DNA from: Tubiluchus corallicola
Lineage: Eukaryota; Animalia; Priapulida
DNA: 64,000 nucleotides
Direction of reading: 5' to 3'
Assembly: GCA_030141605.1 (NCBI GenBank)
Contig: JAQGDQ010000040.1
Coordinates: forward strand, 1 to 64,000
This document shows, piece after piece, positions 12,001 through 24,000 of the stretch. Position 1 is the stretch's first letter; every line of letters starts with the position of its first letter. Below the pieces are notes generated by a model. It had not been told where the DNA came from. It ran no database searches and was given only the letters and a program-made list of their open reading frames with translations. Position numbers and translations under genes: made by a program.

Positions 12001-15000
12001 TAGGTGAAGGACTTTGGCCACAAAGATTATGCTCAAGATAAATGATGCAACACCAAAAGCGTTTAGAATCCATTCTAAGTTTCCTGCTGGATTTGCCCAG
12101 CATTTTTTGTGATATTCGTTTACTAAATACCTAGCCACAATATACACTATTACTGGCACGATAGGAAATAGCCATCCAATAAGATACAACCTCGTTAATG
12201 GCGTTCTTCTGAACACACTAATGATTACCCGATAGAGATAATAACACTCACAGAACATCCATGTGTATTTTGTAAGCATGAAGTACTTATGAACAAAGAG
12301 AGTAAGTATGACACATCCAATGTCATGAAAACCAACACTGGCATTTGCTTCTTCTGCTGTTGTATTGAGTTTTAACTCAGAGCTATTGTACATAAATGCA
12401 GTTTCTCTACTGTCGAGTGCAATTTCATTTCGGCCCATTCTTTCTCGATAAGGATAAATGATTAGTATATCATATGTAATAAAGAGAATTGAGCTAAGTA
12501 AATGGGAAAGGAGAAAATTTACATGCACAATATTGCGATTTTGTCGTAACCTTTTATAATATAAGAAGATTATAATTGCTGGCATTATAAATATGACATT
12601 AATTCCTAGAACAATATCACGTATTATTAAACGGGTTTTCACCATTTGTGAAATCACATCTGATTTATTGTAACATTCAGCATATGACGTAAATTCTCTT
12701 TCAGCTTGTCTACATGTATCCCACTTTACTTCCCAGGTTAGGTTGCCTTTAGCCACGCACCGCTTCTCTGAATATGCAATTCCATAATAAGGGCAGTAAC
12801 TCGTGAGATGCACGGGACACTTTCCTCGTACAACATCGCCTGCTGAGGCTTTTTCCCAACATTGTAACCCATCCCATGTCGGAGGACACATACCCTGGCT
12901 CTGCTTTGGAATCTGACTCACTATATGTTCTTGGCAACAGTCCGCAGCTGTTGAAACACACTCATACCACTGTGCTTTCTCTTCTGGCCTGCAGTTGATG
13001 TTAGTCAAGTTACTTATCAGAGTGAAAGCTGATGGGAACACAGGACAGTTATAATACTCCCAAACAAGATGGAGCGTGTCTTCCTGAAACAGTTCCATGT
13101 AGCAAAATGTGTATGATGCATCCAAGTATGTAGCATAATCAACATATCCAAGATCTACAATATGACAGTATCCATTTTTGTGCTTTAGCTGCTCAATGAT
13201 CTTTCCATCTTCTTCGTCTGCTGGGCATTTATTTACGTTTGATGTTGGAGATTCTACTTTGTCACTTACAAATCCATAAACACTGAATATCAAAATAGAT
13301 ATAATTGCTAATCGATACATGATGGGCACATCACAAACTTTTGCTTTGTTTACTTGTGAACATAACAACTGCGAGTTTGGTAATTAAATCAAATTGTAAA
13401 TGCATAAAATCAGTTTGGTTCACATTCACAACAAATTGATGTTCCTTTGTTCCTTCATAACTTTTGGCAGAATGATAAACTATTACGACAAACAGACTTG
13501 AGCTTGCGCAGTAAGTGTGCCTGGGTGTTTGATACGTAAAGTATTTACTTTACCTAGCTGATTTGTACCTTACACAGAGATCAAAGTCACAAGCCTGTAG
13601 CATTAACTACATAAATAAGTGAGATGTGTCTTTTCATACATACCTTAGATGGTGGAACATGTATAACTAAACCAGGAGTCACTGCTTAGAAAACAGTTAT
13701 AACTGGTGCACAGAAAACATGTAATTACATTTTAGTGTTTGATCTTAACCGCTTTAACTCCAAGTCATTAATTTTTCAACTCAAAAGCTCAGATGTAGGA
13801 AAATTGGCCAAAATTTACCAAAAAACTGTTTTAACTTTGTCTTTGTCTGTTTTGAAACTAAAATTCGCTCGTCAGTTATTCATTGAAATGTACTTTCAAT
13901 TTGTCCATAATTTTTAAATTTAGTTTCAAATGTATTAGCAGGGTGAAAATTGTTTCAAAGCTAGCAACAGTAACAGCAGCAGCAACAGTAGCAGTAGCAA
14001 CATCAACATCAACAACAGCAGCAGCAAGATCAACAACAGCAACTGCAGCAGCAACATCAACAACAGCAACAGCAGCAGCAACATCAACAACAGCAACAGC
14101 AGCAGCAACATCAACATCAACAACAGCAACAGCAGCAGCAACAACATTAACACCAACAGCAGTACCAACAACAGCAGCAGCAGCAGCAGCAACAACAACA
14201 ATAAAAAAACAGCTACAACGACAACTACAACATCAGCAGCAACAACTACAACAAAATAACAACAACAACAACAACAACAGCTACAACAAGAACTACAATA
14301 GCAACAATGACAACATTGAATAAATAATCTGATGACATTAAAGGCACTTCCTGTTACGTTATTTCTGTTAAATAATGATATTGTTTATTATGGCTGCATC
14401 GACAACAAAAATAGCGACAACGACAACAGCAGCAGCAAACAAACAACAGACAACAAACAACAACAATGTCAACAATGACAACGTGAAATAAATAATCTGA
14501 CGACATTGCTCCTGCACTGAAAATGGAAGTAAATGGCATGCCCGTAGCAAGTGGTGCTTGTTTCAGGAATAGCATAGCAATAAAATTTTCAGTCGTGAAT
14601 GAAACTGCAACCCGTAATTTTAAAGGCACTTTTTGCTGCATTATTTAGCTTAAATAATGATACTGTTATAGTTCTTTTGCTTATCTTAACACTATAACTT
14701 TCTTGCAATAATGACTTGCTTTATTTTTACGGATAATAGTTTAAAGTGTATTAACAGGGTGAAGGTCTTTCTAACGACGACTACAACAACGATGATGATA
14801 TGAATTAAGTAACCTAACGATGTAACTTTTCGATGTAACTTTTTATTAATATTGTATCATAAATGTCTGTTATAAATTGTCTTTGTTACTAACCTGTAAT
14901 CACTTACTTATTTTTTATCTCTTCATGTACTAACTTTTTTTATATAGCGATCGCATTGATGTACATATCGTGTTGATCAAAAATGAATGATAATAATAAT

Positions 15001-18000
15001 AATAAATTTGTTATTTGTAGGAAGCCCATTCCTTGGTGTTATCGGAGATGGTGAGCGCATTGAGAAAATAACACAAGCAAAGGCTAACTTAGCACACAGT
15101 AACTTAGTCCATACTTCAGACCTTCAACGTTCAAGCAGTTTGCAACAGAGTGCAACACAACAGCAGCAAGAGAGTCCACGATACTACACCTCCGAGCAGT
15201 ACAGCCCCCACCATCGAACTGTTGAAGCCTACCGATCGCACGGACACAGTCCTCAAGCAGGTGTGGCACGATCCACAAGCAAGTCGTACAACCGCAGCTA
15301 TTCTTCCACTTCCACTACAGTAACAAAATCACATTCGGAACGTAAGGGAGAAGGAAAGAGCAAAACTGTGATGTCTGGTAAATCATTAATGTTAGATGTT
15401 TTTACATTGAATTTTTTTTCCTAAAAACTTGTTTCAGTTAGATGGTAAATTTTTATAATGCTGCAAATGCCCATATTCATAGTTATTGCGTCAGCATTCT
15501 TAACTGACAAAAAACTTGTTAAACATTCGATGAATTTCTTGAACTTAATTTTTGAAAATATTTAGAATAACAGGCCCTCCAACATTTTTGTGAGATGAAA
15601 AATTGTTTACTCAGATGTTTCAGGTAGTTAACATATCTTCTTGGATAAATTATCAAAAAAACGAAATAAAAATAGATTAGCAAATAAAGAGGTTACTTCA
15701 ACATGTAACATAACTAATATTTAAAGTACAGGGTGTTTGAAAAGTCCCTTATTGCTGAAAAAATTATTGAAATAGCTATTAGAAGAGGAACTAGATGACA
15801 AATTGGTAGCTGATTTTACAGTTCATGAGATTTTGCTGGCATCATACTTGTCATCAAGACAGAGTATAATCATAGCTGCACATTGACTGGAGGTTGACAA
15901 CGTGTTGCAACTTGCTGTAGAGCAATTTTACTTTTTAGTCTGCTCTAGAATGGTATAGCAGTGCTGCAAGCTTCATTTCAGTTATAGACTCTCAAAAAAA
16001 TCCCATCTCACTGAGTGTACCACAAGACGATTGGTAAATTAGCTGTAAAGGAAATTGAAAGTAAAGCTAGTGAGAGACTTTTGAAAATCCCTGTAATATC
16101 TGTGTAATTAGTAATAAAATTTAGTCACAATAAAGAGAAAGGTTATTCTTTAATAGCTTTACTCCCGATGACGACAAAACTGCTTAAATCATTTTTATTG
16201 AGGGTTAAGGTGGTGGAGATTGTCTGTCCATTGCAATGGATTTAAATGCACATTAATAAAAAGCTTCTTTATTTTTTTTCTAAGGTTATGTGGATGAGAA
16301 ACAGTCATCATTTGTACAAGATGGAGACAGGCCACCACAAAAGGATGAGAGTCGTTACACAGTTACAAAGTCTGCTGTCGACACTCCAGAGGTTTGTTAC
16401 TAACAGCAATGTTTAAGTAACTAATGGTTGCAAAACTAGATTATTGTTATGTATATTAATTTTATATCTAGCTGCAATGTATGTATAATACTCTGTTGTA
16501 AGATGTCACTCAGAACAGTTTCTAGCGTGATAATGGTAAAAAACGATATTATACAGCCGAGGTTATTATCCATAGACTAGGTTGAAATGCAATGCATGTT
16601 CCAGTTAATACCTTCTGTTAGGATTATGATCCAGTGTTTGGTACACGTTACACAGATGAAATACAAGAAGAACTGCTATTCAACACACGAACAGAACGAA
16701 CGAAATTTTAGACATTTGGAATTTAATAAATAGCTTTTAATAATCAGGCATAGAATATTTTTCTTACCGAAGCTACCAACTGAAAGATGCCATGATTTGA
16801 TCTAATCATATGGAAAATGCGTGCATGCTTTCTGAAACCAAACATATGCAGTTATTCATAAATATCTTTGCATGTGCGGTGGCATAATTAGCAGCCAGTT
16901 TTTGCTGATAGGGATAGAATCAGCGATCACATGAAATGCATGAATTATGGAACACTATTTAATTTCTTTCTGTGAAACTGGTTACAAACAGCATTTACAT
17001 TGCTGAGCGCAAGATATGTGAAGAAATAAAATATTCAATTACCATGAAGGGTAATTTATTACAACGTTTAGCAACAGCTCCTCAATATGTAGTAAAAAAC
17101 AGACCATACTCATTCACTTCAGAGAGGCTAAACAGCCATTTAAAATTGCTAAACTGTGCACAGATTCCACAGTGATTAAGCTATGTGAAAAGATGATTTC
17201 TCCATAACTAATATAGTGTTTTCTCTATTTTCTCTGCTTCGCCTATAAATAACTCAAATTAGTCTGTTTGGGCAATTTGCATTCTGAGTGGTTTTCTTGT
17301 ACTCTTATTTTTAGATTTTGCTTGTCTCTTATTTTTACAAATTTTTAATTGCGAAATAAATGAGCTAAAGGAGTTTTTCAGTAATTTTCTCTCTGCTTTT
17401 TATTTATTTAATTAAGTAGATGAAAGTATGTGTACATACGTGTAGTTATTGAAGAAAGTAGATAATACATGATATGTAGATGATGCATAAGTAGAAGGTA
17501 AATGAAAGAGAGTAGTTGTTCTAAACACAGTTATGATGACATCACACTGTGGTGAAGCAAGGTGCAGTAAATGGTTCCTGCAGTTCTGATGATTGGTGGC
17601 AACACTGTATAGAATTTCAATATTTTATTTTCTAAAATATGCTTTCAGTACGCTGACTCTAGAATGAAACTGACATACCGAGTACAAGATGAACCAGAGC
17701 GGGTAGAAGAACATCGTACAACTGTAACGAAATCTCACGATGGTCCAGACACTGTTCACCGATCAGTTGTGAAGTAAGATTGTGCAATTTGTTCAGTTTG
17801 AAGTTGCCTTAGAAATTATAGTTTGTATCTTCATTCATTATTTTCCTTGATTTAAAAAAACACATTAATGATGGTATAAACCAATGAAATTAAATTTGAA
17901 ATGCTATAAAGAGAAAGTGTGAAAAAGTTAGAACACCGCCTGGATTTGAGTCAGGGACTTTCTACTTACAAGCCAGACATTTAATTTCACGTTTGTTGTC

Positions 18001-21000
18001 AAATTTAATTAATTTTTGGTTTATGCCATCATAATAATAATCTTAGTATTTAAGATTATAAATAATTAAAGAACACATTAATCACTGTGATTACTGTCGA
18101 AGAGAAAAATTAATATAGCATTCTGTCTATCTCATTGTCTCACTTTTTTAGATCTGGAGATAGAGGTTTTCCAGCTATTGAAAGAGAAACGTCTTTCCGT
18201 TCCCAGTCATCCGATCATTACGATCCCTCTTTCCGTTCACAGCCTTCGGAGCCGTATGATCCTTCCTTGCGATACGCTTCAATGGAACGAGGCTACGAAC
18301 ATGACAGGCCTCAACGCAGTGGTGCTCACCACGAATCATCACACCGTTCCAGTTCATCACACAGTTATGACAGGTCTTATCAAACATCCTCAGCATCTGG
18401 CCACAAACATGACGAACTTTACAGGTCTCCTGTAGATCCCAATTTCAGAACTGCAGGTATAGAGAGTCAAGATAATATGGCGTACAAGTCTGAACAGATA
18501 CAAGAGAGTCGAGTATCTCCACCATCATTTTCTCAGAGAGGTGGGCCTTTGAATTGGTGCTTCTTACGTTTTTTAGTATGTATTACTGTCCGAAAGATTA
18601 TGTTAGCAGAAAGAACATTTCTGCTATATGCTCTTGTAAGTTGTGTTACTTTTACACTTTTATTTATTTTATTTATTTCATGCTTGTTTATCTCTTGTAG
18701 AAGTGGAATCTCCTGTCAAGTCTTTCAGTACAACTCAAGAGCACAGCGGTGCTCATAAGAGTAGCCACGTTTCTAGAACGGAGTCTAAAAGCTCTAGTCG
18801 GGTTACTAGCCACGCCTACTCTTCAACACAACAGCAGCCAGGTGCAAATGAAAACTCCAATAAATTTAATATTTTGAAATAAACCATAAATTACTTTTCT
18901 TCTACTTTTTTATTACCCTTTCGCCCAAATGCCTATCTGATGGTTTTCGTCAGATCTGAGGTGACATGTTTTCGTATCATAAATAGATATTAATACAGTC
19001 ACGTAATGTAATACTGTAAAAACAACAGTACTTGCCTAGGAGCTCAGCAAACTGTCAACTATGTATTAGTAATTTAGCAGCTTTGTTAGCTTGCCAACCT
19101 TTTTTTGCAGCCAACATAACATAATACATATAGAAACTTAGATGATGTAAACATATGCATTCAGTATGAAAAGACTCTTGAATTAGGTTATCATTTTTCT
19201 TCTAGAACTGGAAACGATGGAAGTAAAGCGTGAAGCAGAAACAGGTCATGCAATAAAAGATGAGCCGGACAGAAGCTTGCGGGAGAGTACTACTAAACGC
19301 ATTGTGACTACACAAGAACTGAGCAAGGTTTTGCCCCACTTAAGATTTGGTTAATAAATCGCCAATTTAGTATTAATTATGTAAACTGAAGTATGGTGAA
19401 CAGTTTACTTTGTTAGTATTTTGTAGTGATGTAATATTGTGACTTGTATTTTATTAGGTAAGAGTAGATGGGCGGGGCATCAAAATAGCAACTCACAATA
19501 TGCCGGCTTACTTTGTCATTGACTCACGGGGACAAGGAGAGCCAGAAATTTCTATAATAGGTGTGCAGCATATATTGTTACCAGTCACTCATTTAATTAA
19601 TTGTTTTGTTCTTATTTTGATTGTTTGATATTCGATATTGATTTAATCAGTAATATAAACTCGTATTTTTTACGTCACGCTTTTGGTTACCAGATGCAAA
19701 AATATTTGAGTTTAAGAGCTTTACTTGAAGATTACTTTTTTTATTTTGCTGTAGAACCGAATGGAAATATATTGCCAGTTGCGGTGAAAGATAGCGGTCA
19801 TGGTATATACCGAGTTGAGTATACACCAGTTTCTTTGGGTAAGTGACTTCGGCACAGATGTAACATCTGTAATACGTATTTTAATGTATTTGTTTTATTT
19901 TGCTGTCTCTTTTCGTACTTTACCATTATTGCTTTGCCTTTGTCAACATTATCATAATAATTTATTATTCAACCTTGACAGGTGACCACAAAGTGACCGT
20001 GAAGTTTCATGAGCAGGAACTTGCCAATAGTCCTTTCACAGTCAAAGTGTACTTGCCAAAAAGTGTACGTGTTCTCGATATTCCACCAGGCACAGTTAAT
20101 CGACCAGCTACTTTCATTGGTAAGTGAAGCTGTTATAATTTTGTTTAACAAGTTTTCCTTTTCTAACTTGTGTTTTGCTGTGAGGTTTCTGCAATATTAC
20201 CTAAATGAATAATGCATTGCAGTCGATGCAAGTGATGCGGGAGCAGGTAACTTAGAAGTGTCTGTTAATGAGGGAGAACTACCTGCATCAGCAGAAGATC
20301 TTGGTGGAAACCGCTATGCTGTGACTTTCGTACCTCTGGAACCAAAACCTCACATTATTAGACTTGCCTTTAATGGTGAAAACGTTCCAGGTGAGTTCTT
20401 GTTGTAATACTGGCATTACTATTATTAAAAGTTTATAATCACGTTGAAGGAAAATGAATTGGAAAACCTGTAAACTTTTCTTTCTCGGTTCGGTTAGAAG
20501 CCCAGTTTGTAATTATGTTGCTGCAAAAAGGAGCAGCTGGTTACACTAGTGCTTTGGTTGCATTGTGCCACTAACCTATTTTCAGATGTGTTGTCAGAAA
20601 AGTATTAATAAAAGGGGAATGATCACATACCTGTGTTGGTGTGCCTCAGTGACCAGTTCTTGATTCTAAACTTTTTCTTACTTCTTACATTAACAGTCTT
20701 TTTACAGCAACAAGTTTTTTTTGTTGTTGATAGGAACTAGTTTATGTTAATGACATCATTTTTATTTACTAATTTCCACACTAGATGATAGAACAGCAAG
20801 TAGTGAGGCCCTTGTGTCTTGAAAATTGAGTTGATAGCGGGCTAGTTGCATTTAGTTCATTTACAAATAACCCAATGGAAGTTCTTTGGCATGCAAATTA
20901 CTTTTAAATTACATTAATTTACATTAAATTAAATTAAATTGTAGAACAAGCTTCCATTCCATTTCAAGCTGCAACTTGCAAGTGCAAATTCACTCAAAGT

Positions 21001-24000
21001 TCAGATCCAAATGCACAAAATTTTTGAAGACTATTTAATTGTTGGGAAATCTCCAAAGTTTTTGGACTTTATATAGAATATCTAAAACGTATTTAACCGC
21101 TGTTTAAGAATTCTGTAAAAGTAAGATGCATGTTCCAAATTCTGTAGGTTGTTTTGAGTGTAAGTGTAGGTGTGTAGGCAAAAATAAGGAAGAAAGTATA
21201 AAAATGTCATCCTCCTGAACTCTAATCTACATCCATACATTCCACACTGCAATGTTTATAATTGTATTTCTTTAATATTTGTGAACACAAGTGGTTATGT
21301 TCATTTTACACAGGTAGCCCTTTTACCATTTTGGTTGAACGAGGATCAGAGTTTGACATAAATCGAGTAAAAGTCATTGGAGACGAGGCATTTGGTCGGG
21401 TGCCTGTAAATAAGAATGTAATGTTTACCATAGACCCTCAGGGTGCTGGTGAGGCAGACTGTACTGTTCACATAACATGTAAGTTTTTCTGTAGCCGTTG
21501 TTATCCACTTCATCAATTTTTCAAATAATTGTGTAGATTTTGAATTATTTTTTTAACATTTTGTCTGTATGTATCTTTATTTGTTTTTATTTTTTGACCA
21601 ATCTTTCATAAAATAACTTTTTTGTTTGATCCAGTTTAATGAATGTATTGTTTAACACCAAAGCTCGTTCTGTTTTACAGTTGGATGCGTTCAATGTTTT
21701 GTTTTATATTCTAGCGCCATCTAAAACTGATGTCCCTTGTCATGTCTCAAAAACAAATAGAGGCAAGTTTGTTGCTGACTATATGCTAAAAGAGGTGGGT
21801 GAACACAATATCATGGTGCGGTATGGTGGACAACTTGTACCTGGCAGCCCATTTACTTGTAAAGCGTACAGTGCCGAACTGGTCAAGGTGATGGACATTG
21901 GCTTTGCAACAGTTGGTCAACAAGCTTCATTCACGAGTAAGTCGTGTTTCAGATTATCTTGTAAGCACGGAAAGCTATTTATTTGTGTAAAGCTAGAAAA
22001 ATTTGTCTGGAAATTTTGTATCACCTACTTACTGCGTTATTGTATTAGCAGCAGTACTCTATAAAGCTTATAAATTTAAACTTGTGCGATGACAGCTAGG
22101 TGCAGCCATTTTGGCGGTAGGTCGTTTAAAATGAGTTTAGATAACATTGCTTAGAGTTTGGAAAATTAATCAGAGCATTTGTAACGCACGCACACTTCAC
22201 TAACTAATCGAAGGTATAAATTACTGTATCTTGTTAGTAAGATTAAAAATAAGTTTTTGGTGCACACTGGGAAAGCGAGTCAGTAATATTTTACCAGTTG
22301 GAGCAAACGTCATAAATTACTAAGAATTTTCTTTTCTAGTTACATAAGTCTTTCAAGCTGGTAAGCATAATGCTAAATAATATAACCTTGTGTGATAAGT
22401 TTTTTAAGACATACTTTTAAATTGTGATTTCTTCCCTTTTAAATAATTGAGTAATGGGCTTTATGATATGCATCAGTTTTGTAATCTCTTGACCATGTTG
22501 ACATGTTAATGTCTATGTTTACCCCCAATTTATTAACTGTTGCATTGTGTGTGTTATATTGTGAAACCTGGATTTTGTTTCTAGTCGATGCAAGCAAAGC
22601 TGGTACTGGGAACTTAGAGATAATCATATCGATTGGTGATCAAAAAATACCTAATTACGTCCAAGGTGAAGGGGGTGCAAGGTAAGTTGCTTCTAACCAT
22701 ATAAAGTACGTTGGTTTTCTTGTGAATTGAAAGGTAAAATTCTGTACTTTTTGTCGGTTTTCGTCATTGTATGAAACAGCTAGTGATTGTATGAAACAAC
22801 TACTAATGAACAGTGTTGTACTTTTTTGCTTTTAGGTTCAGAGTTTCTTTCACACCCACAGAACGCAAAGTTCACAGTATCAGTGTCAAATTCAATGGTA
22901 TAGCTATTCCAGGTAGAGTTACTTTATTATTTATGTTAAATGTTGCTTAGATATAGATATATTGCATTTAATAAACCTTTTTATTCTTATATAATGCAAT
23001 AAACATTTGCCTATTAGAATAAATCAGTTATAATTTCATAACTTACTTGTAAATTTGTAATTATTAAGACAGTTTTTGCTTTTTTATGTAGGCAGTCCCT
23101 TTCCCTGTACAGTGCTAGAGGCAGGAGGTATAAGTGTGAACGGGGAAGGATTACGGCGCTGTCCCGTGAGTCAGACTGCTATTTTCATTGTCGATCCTCA
23201 TGGTTTGCCTCCCAGCGATTTTCTTATTTCTGTCACAGGTAGAACTTAGAGTTTGTTGCAGTTAACCTGTATTTAACACGTCTTTAATGCTTTTTAACAA
23301 GTGAAGATCGGTGTTTAGTCATGAACAATACATGAAAAATCTACTACACAGTTTCGACAAAATGTTACACATCCCAGGTGAGTGGTTTTTTGTGCTATAA
23401 TGCTAAAATTGCTTGGTTTTTCAGCTCCTAGTGGGGAAAAGGTTCCTGTTCATGTGTCTGGGACGGCAAAGATGAAGGCAGAGTATGCACCACACGAACT
23501 TGGTAAATTAAATAATTAAGTTCTTTATTCTTTGTCATTGTTTTTATATAGATTAGAAAACTTTTTTTCGTGTCATTTTTACTTGGTTGTCATGATTATA
23601 GGAGTGCACCAAGTTCATGTCAAATACAGAGGGCAGGATATTCAAGGAAGTCCATTTTTGTGCCAAGTGTATGACTCGTCTAGAGTTCAGGTGTCCAAGA
23701 TTGGTCCAGGAACAGTGGGTGTGCCTGTCAAGTTCCATGGTATGTTTTTATACTTGTAGAAATTTATACACAAGACATTTATTACACATTTATTTTTGGA
23801 TAGTTTCAGTTTGTTTTGTGGTGCTCATTTCGTGTTTTATAAACTTCTCTGAGTTTAGTGTCAGCCTGATTGTGCTTCAGCCACATTTCATCATGGATTC
23901 TTTGAGCCTTCATTGTTTTGGGTATTTGGTCATAAAGTTTGTGATCCTTGGTTAAGTGTCAGAAAAATTTTTCTTTGCTACAATGAATTTTCTATAGTAG

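Noticed and set aside
13883-14323. 146-aa Ala/Thr/Gln/Asn ORF and the antisense poly-Leu ORF
   Set aside because: Translation of a trinucleotide microsatellite, with no splice or homology support.
14512-14560. Peptide MEVNGMPVASG resembling the end of a filamin repeat
   Set aside because: No compatible splice sites, and it sits inside the composite repeat; likely chance.
17533-17589. ATGATGA...CTGA about 60 nt upstream of an acceptor, resembling a C/D snoRNA
   Set aside because: Weak terminal stem, no clear C'/D' boxes and no rRNA-complementary guide that I recognise. snoscan or Rfam would be needed.
22090-22366. YY1-like GCCATTTT plus a downstream gtaagc donor as an internal promoter
   Set aside because: The motifs are too short to be significant, and the putative exon has an in-frame stop.
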